Positions 1-12,407 are shown, counted from the stretch's first letter. The stretch is 64,000 nucleotides of DNA from the human T2T-CHM13v2.0 reference genome, Homo sapiens (GCA_009914755.4 CP068257.2:23424001-23488000), one strand, 5' to 3'. Notes: a model not told the origin generated them from the sequence alone. A program made the numbers and translations.

Positions 1-992
1 AATGTTATTGTTATCTTTACTTCTCTTCTTACTGTCTCTGGAATCCACTCTCATTGATACGAATTTATTGTGTGGTTGTAAAGGAGGCACTGGGTCAAGA
101 TCCAGTCAAAAAATACAGAAACCATGCTGGATGTTTCAAAAAGAAGGGATTTAATACGGGATATCAGTAAAATAGATGCTGGAAGGCTAGAGGCATAAGA
201 GGAAAAGGTAAAGTAACTCAGAGATGAGAAACTTCAGATAATAGCTAGCATCTCTGGGTCTAGGAGAGCATAGAGAGGAAATGCTATTTATAGGAACTGC
301 GGCCAGGGATAGAGCTGGTGCCTAAGAAGTTGAAGAGTTGGAAGAGGCACATTGCCCACAAACAAAGAAAGAGGGTTAGAACTAGAGATGAAGAACTTAT
401 GGGTTGTCCTCTTATTTTGGTTTCTAATCTCCCACTAGTTCCACCAATTTAGAAAACCCCAAAAAGAGCCAACTATGAAAGCATCCTGGAAATTGTTTGC
501 ACAGCCATAATTCCAGAATTATTTGCCAGGGCACAGAATGGTATGTTTGGAGCTAAAAGACATTTGGTAAATTTCTGGCAAGGAACATTTTTATAATTAG
601 TGACTACACTAAGAAATATAACTTTGGCATAATCCTAAAGAAGTTAGCAATAAAATATCAGGAAAAAAATTACTCAGGATAACTTCATGGCAAAAGATCT
701 GAAGGTGCTTCATTTATTTTATTCATTCATCCATTTGTGGAACAATGTTACAGTGGAATATTCTGCTTGGAAAACAATGCTATGTCTGGTTGTATGAGAA
801 TGGAAATAAGTAGTATCACAAGCACCATAGAAAAAAGGAGAGAAAAGATCTTCAGAGATGATGAAAGTTGTTTTGTTCACACATTGTCAAAACAATAATT
901 GTCTCCTAGGTGAAAGAGAACATGTTTCCATTTCTAGGTAATTGTCAACTTTTTCTTTCTCAAGCTGTGTGTTGTAACTTTATAGGTAGAAG

Positions 993-1042
993 TGTGTGTG
1001 TGTGTGTACGTGTGTGTATGTGCACGTGTGTGCATGGCAGGG
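993..1042. repeat. (GT)n / GTGTGC-type microsatellite
   Basis: Direct reading: gtgtgtgtgtgtgtgtacgtgtgtgtatgtgcacgtgtgtgcatg. Confidence 0.85.
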
Positions 1043-3321
1043 TGGACGGTTTGGAGTCATACAGTATAGAGGACAAAACTTGAAGCCAGACAACTCGAGT
1101 TTAAGTCCCAGATCTGGCTCTTTTATCTTTGGCACCTAAAGCAAATAAATTCACCTTTTTGTGCCTTAAACCTCTCATAAGTAAAATGTTAGTACTTAAC
1201 GATGTTGTATTCAATTAGTTGATGCATATGTAAAGTTATTTAGAACTGTATCTGCCGCCATGTAGAATTAACACTATGTAAATGCTACCTGTTATTTGTC
1301 TTGTGAATTTTGTCATAGTTTTAATTTTTTTCTACAATTTAATTTTTCCTGTACATTTTTTTCATGTTTAGTTTTCCATAAGATAACATGATATGTGAAA
1401 TTACCAAATATTCCATTCTATGGCTTAATATATTTCATTTATTCATCCATTCACTCATTCTAATCTAAGTTTCCCAGCAGCAGCTTAGAATCACTCAATT
1501 GTAAATAATCCCATATGAAGTGGAAATAAAAGCACAATATTCACACCAGTTCAAATACCTGACTGAATATGTCCATCATTCTCTCTGAAGACTGCACCAA
1601 AAGATGTACTGTTTCTCTCCAACATCGTACTCAAATCCTTAATCATGTAACTAAAACCTCTTCCTGAGAATCTATATATTAGAATGATTGTAAAAGTGGC
1701 ATTATCTCTTTCTCACTGAGAATATGCTTCTCAGAAGAGGAAAATTGGCTCCAAATAGAGCTTATATTTTACTTCCCTCTTTTATAACCCTTAGATGTTT
1801 CAAGGGGACTATGTAACAGAGTCAGTCACTTCTCTACTACCAAGACTAATGATTAAAGTATAAATTGCATGAAGTTCACAAGTCATCAGAGACTATTATA
1901 TATGACAGAGATTGATACTATATCTTTCACTGGTTGGCCTATAGCACAGGAATAAAATGTACATATTTCACAGATTGATACTTTAGCAAAATCATAGTAA
2001 AATGGTTTACATTACTTCTAAGACAATTCTAAGAATATTTGCATATACTGTGTACCTGTGTGTGGACCGTATGTCTATATATTGCATATATGAGCACTAC
2101 TTAATTTTCTTGCTGTCAGAAAAATAAATAAATAAATTTCCCTTATCAGAACGTCCCATTCCTCATCACCTTTCCAGTTTGCCTTGTCCTGTGCAATTAA
2201 CTATTGAATATTGCATACAATGATAAATGATTTATTCAAGGCCTGTCTCTCCCCAAATTTAAATGCAGCAATACCCAATAGTGGTAAAATAAATGCCAAG
2301 CCTTTTTACTGTTACCAAAAAGTTTCTGGCTATGTTTGAGTTTTATTTCTTCTTTTTAAAAAATTTTATTCTAACAAAATGCATAGGATTTTAAATGTTC
2401 AGTTCAGTGTATTTGACAATTATATATGACTATGACCTGTGTAATGATCAAATAAAAGAAGATTTAGCACATTTCTGTCACCACAGAAAGTTCTTTTTTG
2501 TCTCTTTCCAGACAATTTTCCCTCCAAAGGCAGCCGCTTTCTGACTTCTGTAACCGTCTGTCAGTTCATCCCTTTGATTGCCTGGCATCATTTGCTCCGT
2601 GTAGTGTCTGCAAGATTCCTCCATTCTGCTGTGTATTTCAGTGATGGATTCCCTTATTGCTGGGTAGTGCTTATTATGTGGGTTTACCACAATGTGTTTT
2701 TCTCTTCTCCTGTTGATAGGCATTTGGTTTGTTTCCAGATTTAGTCTATTACGTTTTAGAGTTATTGATTATAGATTACTGTTCCATAGTGACATATGCA
2801 TGTGTGCGTTCATGTGTGCGTGTTTATATGTGTGTATCAAACATTGTAAACTAATTGTAAATGACCAATTCATTTCCCTCATGAGGAGAAATTATAAATT
2901 TTCATCTTACCTAGTTGACCATTTGTTTTCCATCATAATTACTTCTTTTTGTATCCTGTCTGAAAAATGATCTTCCTATCGCCCGGTCACAGGGGAATAG
3001 TTTCTATATTTTCTTTTACAAAACATGGCTCTAGAATTTATGCTTAAATCTATGATGAAGCTTGGAAAAAATTTATTTATAGAATTAGCTAGGGGTTGAC
3101 AAAATATTTTAATATGAATATCCACTTAATTTAGTATCATTTGTCTTGACATCTATGCAAATATTTTAATAATATTTACACAAGCTGACTTTTGAACTCT
3201 ATACCCCTTAGTTAAATAGATTAGTTTAGAAAATAAGTTTATGTGTCTTAAAAGCACATCATGTCACATTCATCTTTGGACAATATTTACTTAATACTTA
3301 CTTAAAGGTATATTGTATAAT

Positions 3322-3721
3322 ATGATAGTTGTTATGGACTGAATTATGTGTCTTCAAAATTCACATGTTGAATCCCTAACTCAAAGAGCCTCAGGATGAC
3401 TGTATTTGAAAATAGGACATTTAAAGAGGTACTTAAGTTAAATGAGTCTGTTAGGGTGGGCATAATCCTTAATCCAATCTGACTGTTGTCCTTATATCAG
3501 GAGATTAGGATACACAAAAAGAGACACGAGCAATATGCGTGTGCTCAAAGGGGTGACCACGTGAAGAGGAAGCAAGAAAGGGCCATGGACAACCCAAAGA
3601 AAGAGGCCTCAGAGGAGTACAGTCCTGCCACCTTGATCTCAGACTTCCAGCCTCCAGAACTATGAGAAATACATTTCTGTTGTTAAAGCCATCCTGCGTA
3701 TTCTATTTTGTTATGGCATCT
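3322..3721 (+). mobile_element. ERVL-MaLR-type solo LTR (MLT1/MST-like), copy 1 of a head-to-tail pair
   Basis: Begins ttatggactgaattatgtg...cacatgttgaatccctaac and ends ccttgatctcagacttccagcctccagaactatgagaaatacatttctgttgttaaagcc...ttatggcatctc. Both ends match the MaLR LTR consensus termini from memory. Confidence 0.55.
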
Positions 3722-4075
3722 CTGTTCCCCCACCCCCAAAATTCCTGTGTTGAATCCTTAACCACCCCTGTGACTAGATTTAGAGATAGGGTCTTTAAGG
3801 CAGTCATTAAGGTTAAATGAGGCCATAATGGGGCAGACCTAATCCAATATGACTGATGATACTGGTCACAGAGAAAGGCCCTGTGAGGACACTCTCTGCA
3901 AGCCAAGGAGAGAGAACTCAGGAGAAACCAAATTTGCTCACCCCTTGATCTTGGACTTCCAGGCACTAGAATGGTGAGAAATAAATTTCTGTTGTTTAAG
4001 TGACCCAGTCTGTGATATTTTGTTATGGCAGTCCTAGGACAGTAATGCAGCAGCCCTGGCAAACTAATACAGAGT
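3722..4075 (+). mobile_element. ERVL-MaLR-type solo LTR, copy 2, directly abutting copy 1
   Basis: Restarts with ccccaaaattcctgtgttgaatccttaacc and ends cttgatcttggacttccaggcactagaatggtgagaaataaatttctgttgtttaagtgacccagtctgtgatattttgttatggcagtcc...caaactaatacag. Confidence 0.55.
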
Positions 4076-4423
4076 GCTAGCTAGAAGCAAATATTCTAGA
4101 TATAGGGAACATGCGGCCTGAGAACAGCTTCTGGGAAAATCTGATTTCTTAGATTCAGGTTCTGATTTCAGTCTTTTTTGATCCCCACACCATCGTCTCT
4201 AAGACTGGCTGGGATGCCTAAACTGCTTTTCTCATTGTAAAAAGCAATGGTCACTAACCTGTCACATTCTACTTCTGCCCACCTATTTCTGTCCTCCTCT
4301 TGGCCTCTGTCTCACCCAAAACAAACAATTAAACCCAGATACTCTGAAAATTTGTCTCTAGAAGTTCAGTTTTCACAAGAATATTCTCCATCAAATTCCT
4401 GACTATTGGTTAACCTACGCCAA

Positions 4424-4440
4424 AAAAAAAAAAAAAAATT
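4424..4440 (+). repeat. poly(A) tract, 17 nt
   Basis: caaaaaaaaaaaaaaaaatt. Possibly the tail of an old retroposed element upstream, which I could not classify. Confidence 0.6.
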
Positions 4441-4854
4441 AGAAGAGGTGAGAGAATCTCTATTGATATTTCCTCCCATTTTTGTTCTTTATCCATGAAG
4501 AATGAAGGAATAAGGAGATAACAGAATTTCTGACAACTTCAGCCTCTTGGTTCCACAAAGAAAAATAAAAGTAACTCTTTCCTGCCTCAGCCTTCCTGGT
4601 GTGGGAGATGCTAATGACAGTGCGGTGGAAAAAACAAGAGCAGCAAAAGCAATGTCAGTGTGAATTCTGTTCTTGTCAAGTGAAATAATAATAATTACCA
4701 TTTTCCTGATCATTATAAATGTCTAGTGAAAAAAACAACTAGAATAACCCAAGATTTTTCCCCTGATGGGTTCATTATGCTCAGTGGTTTAATATATGTC
4801 ATTTTTTTAAAAAGCCTAAAGTTAAAGATTTAATTTAAATCTTAACTAGCAAAT

Positions 4855-4930
4855 AATATGTATAGATATAATTGCATATGTATATAATATATACATAAAT
4901 ACATATGTATAATATAATATATACATAAAA
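4855..4930. repeat. TA-rich low-complexity / imperfect tandem repeat
   Basis: atatgtatataatatatacataaatacatatgtataatataatatatacataaaa. The two ORFs called at 4835-5065 (-) lie inside it. Confidence 0.7.
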
Positions 4931-5330
4931 CACCATATTTGGGGAAAATAGAGTATGCCAAGATATCTTAAGACAGTCTGCATACAAAGGTGGTCTTGAA
5001 AAACTAATTTTGAATGCAAAGAATATAAACAAAGAGATATAAATGTCAACTTCGTTAGGTATCAATATTTAAATTAACAGTTATTAAAAATGTAGAAGTA
5101 CTATAAAATTAAGTTTATTACCTAATTTAATATTTATCACTAAATAGTTGTTTTACTTGAGGCAGGTCTGTACTAGTCAGACTTTTAGCCATATCAGCTT
5201 ATGAAAAACAATTAGTGCATTTTAGTAGCCTCCCTTTTTTTAATCTGTCTAGTAAGTTTTTTAACTATAAATTTCTGTACCAAAGAAATACTACATAGCA
5301 GTTATGTTATATTCTGAAATTATGATTTTG

Positions 5331-5336
<6 letters not shown>

Positions 5337-5362
<26 letters not shown>

Positions 5363-5644
5363 TGAGATGGAGTCTTGCTTCTTCACCCAGGCTGGAGTGC
5401 AGTAGCGTGATCTTGGCTCACCACAACCTCCGTCTCCTGGGTTCAAGCAATTCTCCTGCCTCAGCCTCCCCAGTAGCTGGGATTACAGGCACCACCACCT
5501 ATGCCTGGCTAATTTTTGAATTTTTAGTAGAGATGGGGTTTCACCATGTTGGCCAGGCTGGTCTTGAACTCCTGACCTCAAGTGATCCGCCTGCCTTGGC
5601 CTCCCAAAGTGCTCGATTACAGGCTTGAGCCATCACGCTCAGCC
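5337..5644 (-). mobile_element. Alu SINE, full length, minus orientation, with a ~14 bp target-site duplication
   Basis: Poly-T then gagatggagtcttgct...cccaggctggagtgcagt...cctcccaaagtgctcgattacaggcttgagccatcacgctcagcc. Flanked by tatgattttgttttt at 5322-5336 and tatgattttgttttc at 5645-5659. Confidence 0.95.
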
Positions 5645-6129
5645 TATGATTTTGTTTTCAATGAAAATTAAACACACCAGTTTACTGAAGATAAAAGTTT
5701 TCAGTCATATAACATTTATGAAATGAGCTTGAATTGTACATCCTGTTTAGGTGAGTCCAAAACTTTTTTGTTTCGTGTACTCGTGTCAATTGGGAGGGAT
5801 AAAGAGGTAGCATATGCTATGACTTTTTGGTCTGTTGTATGCATGTAATATTTCCATGATTTTCCAAGATTTCTATGTTTATTCCTTATTTTGCCCTGGG
5901 GTGTTTTTCTGTAGTAAATCTCTATTTTAAAATGTATTTGAATGCAAAATAACCTTGAGTCCCCAAAAGGCTGAAAAATTTGCAAGCAACATGTCACAGA
6001 AAGAAGAAAAATAAGAATGAATACATTAAACTTCATTACATTTCTATTCTTTTCTTTTTCTTTCAATTTTTTTTTTCACCTCAGCAGTGCAGAGAGGTAC
6101 ATTTCATTTTAAGTATAAACTTTATTTCT

Positions 6130-6440
6130 TTGATGTCTTAGCCCACTCAGGCTGCTATAACAAAATACCTTAGACTGGGTAATGTATAAACAGCAAATAT
6201 TTATTGTTCATAGATCTGGAAGCTAGGAAGTCCAAGATTGAGGTACCAGCAGATTAAATGTCTGATGAGGATTCATTCCTCATAGATGTCACTTTTTATG
6301 TCTTCACATGATAGAAGGGTGAATAAGCTCCCTCAGACACTAATCACCTCCCCTAAGGCCTGCTTCACACCACCACATGAGGTATTAGGTTTCAACATAT
6401 GAATCTGGGGACCCCCATGGCTGCTCTCAAGGGTTGGAGT
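6130..6440 (-). mobile_element. MaLR LTR, minus orientation; putative 3' LTR of a full-length MaLR element
   Basis: gtcttagcccactcaggctgctataacaaaataccttagactgggtaa...gaagtccaagattgaggtaccagcagattaaatgtctgatgagg...ctaatcacctcccctaaggcc...ggtttcaacatatgaatctgggg. This is the reverse complement of the MaLR LTR consensus. Confidence 0.6.
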
Positions 6441-7615
6441 TGAGCTCCTGTGGATTTTCTAGGCTCAGGATGCAAGCTGCCCATGGCTCTCCCATTTTCA
6501 GGTCTGGAGGGCAGCAGCCCCACTCCCATAGCTCCATTAGGCGGTACCCCAGTGGGGACTCCATGTGAGTGTTCCAACCCCACATTTCTCCACAGCACTA
6601 CCCTAGTGGAGGTTCTTTGCAAGGGCTCTGCCCCTGTGGCTTGGCACCCAGGCCTTCTCATACATCCTCTGAAATCTAGGTGGAAGCTGCCAAGCCTCCT
6701 TTATTCTTGCATTCTGTGTGCCTGAAGGCTTAACATCATGTGGAAGTCACCAAGGTTTATAGCTTGCACCCTCTGGAGCCATGGCCTGAGTTGTACTGGA
6801 ACCCTTCGGGCCATGGCTGGAGTTAAAGCTAAAGTAGCCAGGATATGGGAAGCAGTATCCTGAGGGTGCATAGAGTAGTGAGCCCTGAGCCTGGCTCTGG
6901 AAATCATTTTTTCCTACTGAGCCTCTGGGCTTGTGATAAGAGGGACTTACTCAAAGATCCCTGAAATGCCTTCAAGGCCTTTTTCTCATTGTCTTGCATA
7001 TTAGCACTTGGCTCTCAGTTAGTCAGGCAAATCTCTCCAGCAAGTGGTTGCTCCTAAGCCCACTTGTATTCCTCTCCTAAAAAAAGCTTTTTCTTCCTCT
7101 GCTACATAGCTAACCTGCAAATTTTCCAAACTTTTACACTCTGCTTTCCTTTTAAATATAAATTCCAACATTAAGTCATTCCTTTGCTCCTGTATCTGAT
7201 CATAGGCTGTTAGAATCAGCTAGACCATGTCTTGAATGTTTTGCTGCTTAGAAAGTTCTTCCATAAGGTACCCTGGGTCATCACTTTTAAGTTCTACCTT
7301 CCACAAAGCTGTAAGGAATGAACACTATTAAGCTAAGTTCTTAGCTAGGGAGTAACAGGGGTGACCTTTACTCCAGTTCTCAATAAGTTCGTTATTTCTG
7401 TCTGAGATCTCATCAGCCTGGCCTTCACTGTCCATATCTCTATCAGCATTTTGGTCCCAACTATTTAACCAGTCTCTAAGAAGTTAAAAACTTTCCCTCA
7501 TCTTCCTGTCTTCTTCTGAGCCCTCCAAGCTCTTCCAGCTTCTGCATATTACACAGTTCCAAAGCTGATTCCACATTTTCAGATATCTTTTTAGCAACTT
7601 GGTGCCAATTTTCTA
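6440..7615 (-). mobile_element. MaLR internal region (THE1-int/MST-int-like), minus orientation
   Basis: Reverse-complement matches to the THE1-int consensus as I recall it: gcaaattttccaaacttttacactctgctttccttttaaa, ctccagttctcaataagttc...catcagcctgg...tccatatctctatcagcattttggtc, ttcctgtcttcttctgagccctccaagctcttccag. Non-coding, as expected for a MaLR internal region. Confidence 0.6.
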
Positions 7616-7995
7616 TGTTGGTCTGCAAGTATTGCTCTAAAGGATTACCTGAGGCTGGATAATTTATTAAAAAAAAAGTTTATTTTGGCTTACTATTCTT
7701 CAGGCTGTACAAGAAGCATAGTGTAAGCATCTACTCCTAGTGATGCCTCAGGAAGCTTACAATCATGGCAGAAGGCAACAGAGAGCCAGTGCATTATATA
7801 GTAAGAGGAAGCAAGGGTGGGAGGAGGTGCCATGGTCTTTTAAACAACCAGATCTCTTGTGAACTAAGCAATAACTTGCTTATGACTTAGCACTAGGGGA
7901 TGATGCAGGGGATGATAAGTCATTCGTAAGGTATCTGCCCCCATGATCAAATACCTCCCACCAGCCTCTACCTCCAACACTGAAGGTCACATTTC
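7610..7995 (-). mobile_element. MST/THE1-like MaLR LTR, minus orientation; putative 5' LTR of the same element
   Basis: acctgaggctggataatttattaaaaaaaaagtttattttggcttactattcttcaggctgtacaagaagcat...cctcaggaagcttacaatcatggcagaaggcaa...aacaaccagatctcttgtgaact...cccccatgatcaaatacctcccaccagcc. This is the reverse complement of the MST LTR consensus. Confidence 0.6.
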
Positions 7996-9149
7996 AGCAT
8001 CATATTTTAAGGAAACAAACATCCAAACTATATCAAATAACCATAATATTTATTATTTGAAAAATTCTTATAGATAAATTTGAGTATTCAAATCTGATTA
8101 TGTAAATAAATTAAAGGAAAAATACAATTCCAGATGGTGTTTAAACTCAACCTTTTGATTAAAAAGGAACAAAAAGCAAGTACCAATTATTTTTGCTACA
8201 TCTAAGACAAAAAGTCTTCTTAAACATTAAGAAATTTTTGTTTAATCATTTCTTTTAAAACTGGAAGAGGAAGATGATAATCATCTATTGGCTTTAATAA
8301 ATGTTTTAAGTGTGATGTTTTGCAAGCTTGTGATGACAGGCAGAGTGAGGTGGTCTAATTTGAAGGTGATTACTTCCAACTGACTCAGCTTGAGGTCTTG
8401 TTTATCTTATCAACAAAAGATTTTTTCTGGTTGTTTGATTTAACATCTTTATAATGACAAATATCTGATGCATAGATTGGCCACCTACCTATATACCTAT
8501 TTTATATGCATTTGTTTGCTGAGGTTTAATATGCAAGTATTAGGATAAAATAAGAAAATAAAAATATGTCAAAGAAAGTAAGGAAGATATATCAACTTAT
8601 GCCTAATTAGTTACATTGATTGATGATTAAATTTAGTTCTTGGCATTCTGGCAAGATAACAAAGGAAACATGATCCATTATCTAATTGTCATCATCTGAT
8701 GAAAAGCAGTCTACTAATTCTTCAAGTAAGATAATTTTTTTTCCTGGTACAAAGTCATCTAGCCAATGTATTAATATAATGGACAATGTATTATTAAGTA
8801 GAATGTTGGAGTCATATAATGATGGTTTATGGACGGAATATATCAACACAAAATTGATGTCACATCAAAGTGGGTTTGTTGCTAATTACTTGCCATTATG
8901 AGATAAAAGTACAGGCCTTTGATTTAAGAAAACTCATTTTGCAAATGGATATTTAAATAAAAGTAAATACATTCACTGTTAGAAATAAAACTGAAGATTT
9001 AATGTATTAAGTGACTGTCTTCAAGCAGTCAATCAATAATGTTTATGATACCTACACTTTCATGATTTTTTTTATTTTCTGGGACAATCTGCAATTTGTA
9101 ATCTGCTCAACTTTTCATGATGATATGAAATTCAGTTTAAATTCATGAA

Positions 9150-10540
9150 AAGCAGTATGGTGCTGGTACAAAAGCAGACACATATACCAATGGAACAGGA
9201 TAAAGTGCCAAGAAATAAAGCCACACACCTACAACTACCTGATGATAAACAAAGTCACCAATAATAAGCAATGGTGAAAGGACTCCCTAAATAGGGATGG
9301 GATAACTGGTTAGCCATATGCAGAAGATTGGAACTGGACCCTTTCCTTTCACCATATTACAAACATTAACTACAGATGAATTAAAGACTTAAATGGGAGA
9401 TCTAAAATTACAAAAACCCTAGAAGAAAAGCTATGAAGTACCATTCTGGACATCAGCCTTGGCAAAGAATTTATGACTAATCCCCAAAAGTAATTGCAAC
9501 TAAAACAAAAATTGACAAGTGGGACCTAATTAAACTAAAGAGCTTCTGCACGGTAAAATAAACTATCAACAGAGTAAACAGCCAACCTACAGCATGGGGA
9601 AAAAAATATTCACAAACTATGCATCAGAAAAAGTTCTAATATCTAGAATCTATAAGGAACTTAAGTAATTCAACAAGCAAAAGAGCAAATAACCCCATTA
9701 AAAATGGGCAAAGGACATAAACAGATATTTCTCAAAAGAAGACATACATGCAGCCAACAAATATATGAAAATATGCTCATCCTCACTAATAATTAGAGAA
9801 AGGCAATTAGAGAAAGGCACCACAGTGTGATACAATCTCACACCAGTCAGAATGGCTATTATTAAAAAGACAAAAAACAACAAATGGGTTGTGGAGAAAA
9901 GGAATCACTTATATACTGCTGGTGGGAGTGTAAATCAGCTCAGCCATTGTGGGAAGAAATTTGGAGATTTCTTAAAGAACTGAAAACAGAACTGCCATTC
10001 AGCCCAGCAATCTCACCACTGGGTATATACCCAAAGGAAATTAAATTGTTCTACCAAAAAGACATGCAGTTCTGTGTTCACTGCAGCACTATTCACAATA
10101 GCAAAGACAGAGAATCAACCTAGAGGCCCATCAACATCTGACTGGATAAAGAAAATGTGGTCCATTAAATACTACACTAAAAAGGAAGGAAATCATGTCT
10201 TTTGCAGCAATGTGGATGCAGCTGAAAGCCATTGTCCTAAGCAAACTAACACAGGAACAGACAACCAAATACCACATGTTATCACCTATAAGTAGTAATT
10301 AAACATTGAATACACGTGGACACAAAGATGGGCAGTAGACACTGGGGACTGCTTGAAGGGGGAGACTGGGAGGTGGGGATACATTGAAAAGCTACCAACA
10401 ATTAGCTATGGTCACTACCTGGGTGAAGGGGTCATTCATACACCAAACCTCAGCAACACATGATTTACTCATGTAACAAGCTTTCACGTGTAACCTCTGA
10501 ACCTAAAATAGAAGTTGAAAGAAAAAAAGTCATTCATGAA
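9150..10540 (+). mobile_element. L1 LINE 3' portion (ORF2 C-terminus plus 3' UTR), L1PA/L1PB/L1MA-age, plus orientation
   Basis: Collinear with the L1 ORF2 3' end: gcatggtgctggtac..., aaaatgggcaaaggacataaacagatatttctcaaaagaagacatacatgcagccaacaaatatatgaaaa, ctcacaccagtcagaatggctattattaaaaag, ctgctggtgggagtgtaaatcagc, gcactattcacaatagcaaagaca, ctggataaagaaaatgtggtcca. It ends in an A-rich tail near 10525. ORF-track entries 9884-10123 and 10074-10295 are ORF2 remnants. Confidence 0.85.
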
Positions 10541-10794
10541 TGAATACCTCCATTTACCAGCTACTTTGCTAGGGTCTGAGAATTTAAGAGTCTGGGCACT
10601 ATTCATCTTTCTCAGTTACAGAGCTAGCGTTGGGTTGCCCTCTGTTCTAAGACTCCCACTGCAGTGAATCTGTTGCTTCCAAAACCAAAGTTTCAGTACT
10701 AAACTCACTGTGGCAGCACCCTGAGTGGACATTTTAATGTGTCTTTTGTTTTGCAAAAATGTGTGGACACCTTCTAAGAGACGATGCTGCAATG

Positions 10795-11130
10795 TATGTG
10801 TCTCAGTCCATCCAGAATGCTTTAACAAAATACCATAAACAGGGTGGATTACGAACAACAGAAATTTATTTCTCAGTTCTGGAGACTTGGAAATCCAAGA
10901 TCAAGGTGCCAGCAGATTCAGTGTCTGGTGAGGTTCTGCTTACTGATTGACAGCACCTTGACAGCTTGCCCTCATACAGTGAGAAAGCGCAGGGGATCTC
11001 CCTGAGGTCTTTTTATAAGGTCAGTAATCCCATTCAAGAAAGCTCTGCTTCCATGACCTAAACACCTCCCAAAGATCCTTCCTCCTAATACCCTTACCTT
11101 GAAGTTAGAATTTAAATGTGCACATTTTGT
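10795..11130 (-). mobile_element. MaLR-type solo LTR, minus orientation
   Basis: tctcagtccatccagaatgctttaacaaaataccataaacagggtggattacgaacaacagaaatttatttctcagttctggagacttggaaatccaagatcaaggtgccagcagattcagtgtctggtgagg...aacacctcccaaagatcc. Confidence 0.6.
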
Positions 11131-12357
11131 AAAGGATATAAGTATTCAGTCTGTAGCAGTATGTTTCCAGTTCTATTAATTTTATTTACAAGTAGGAAAT
11201 ATACTCATGAATATGCCAATTGACATTTCAAATGTGCCATTTACTACAGACTTCGCATAGCTCTCCTCTTTCCTGAATGATTAAATATATATAAAATCTA
11301 TCAGAATGAACATTCTAAACTCAAAGCACACTTTCATAAGTATTTTCCTAGTATTCAGGTGCACAGCCAGATATATCTGTCAATTTTCTCTCTCAAGAAT
11401 TACTTGGTCTAAACTGGTTGTCTCAGTGTATCAGTATCAGTCATTCTTAATCCTCCAAAGATAACATTCAGAGGAATGAAATAAAAACAGAGTCTCTAAT
11501 CCCTCTTTCTTTTGTATCACTCTTTATGCAAGTAAGAAGATCAGCTTTGATAGTGGATTACTGGAGGCCACATGTTCTCATTGGAACATCACAGATTGGA
11601 TTTAGCACAAAAATACATTTTTTCTGATGTGTAAACAACACCAGCTGAATCCATATTTCTCATGAATGTCCTGCCACACGGCTGTGTTTTTTTCTCATCA
11701 TGCAGCCAGTTTTATTATAACTCCCTTTTGGCACAGCTTCCAAAGACTTGCATCTGTCACTTGCAGCAGAGCATCATGAAGGTTCACCACTATCTTGGAC
11801 CACTGGAATTTAGTTGTATTGTTGCATTTCCTGACTTAGATGCCGATAAAATATCTTTAAGTCCCTTTAAGCTAGTTGGCTGCAACTTACTTAGAGGCAC
11901 TGCTATCAGCTCTCTTTTTGAGAGCTTACTCTGAGCCTTAAATTGGCAGCTTGAACACATGAGTTTGTTGGAGGTAATGACTTTGTTCTCTGGGGTTGGA
12001 TTTTGACAGCTTTCCACCATTATAGCTGGGTGTAAACAAAATTGAATGGGTTAGGATTACCCATTTCTCAAATTTAAAGTATTTTTGGTGATCCAAGGAA
12101 GAGTTGCCTCTCAAAGATTATCTGACTGAAGTCAAGAAAATTTCACCTAGTATTATCATTTTAATATGATAATGTGAACTCAAATTCAAACTTAGCCCGA
12201 TGTTTGCTGTACAAGGCCATCTAACTGGATGGATATCTTTGAGAGAGAGGCTTCCCATCATTCAGTTGAATTTAATTAAAAGATTAAGTAAATATGCATT
12301 ATCCTTATCCACCTACTTACTCATTAATACAAAAACATATGAAGCATGTGGATAGAC

Positions 12358-12407
12358 AGTGAGTCAATCATGAGCCCTAAAAGTTGAGGGCTCATGATTG
12401 ACTCACT
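12358..12407. repeat. Perfect inverted repeat (hairpin): 20-21 bp stem, 8 nt loop
   Basis: Left arm gtgagtcaatcatgagccct (12359-12378), loop aaaagttg, right arm agggctcatgattgactcac (12387-12406). The right arm is the exact reverse complement of the left. The A at 12358 pairs with the T at 12407. Each arm carries a TGAGTCA/TGACTCA heptamer. Confidence 0.9.

Noticed and set aside
5362-5628. ORFs inside Alu elements (5362-5628, 35866-36167, 36626-36877, 54615-54824, 30574-30774)
   Set aside because: Translations such as ...[19 protein letters not shown]... are the standard Alu-encoded pseudo-peptides. Not genes.
9800-9835. Tandem duplication aggcaattagagaa x2 inside L1 ORF2
   Set aside because: A small slippage duplication in a dead L1, with no functional implication.
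9884-10295. 79 aa and 73 aa ORFs in the L1 region
   Set aside because: Collinear with the L1 ORF2 C-terminus (…LWEEIWRFLKELK…, …AALFTIAKT…NQP…). These are remnants of a decayed retrotransposon ORF, interrupted by stops and frameshifts.
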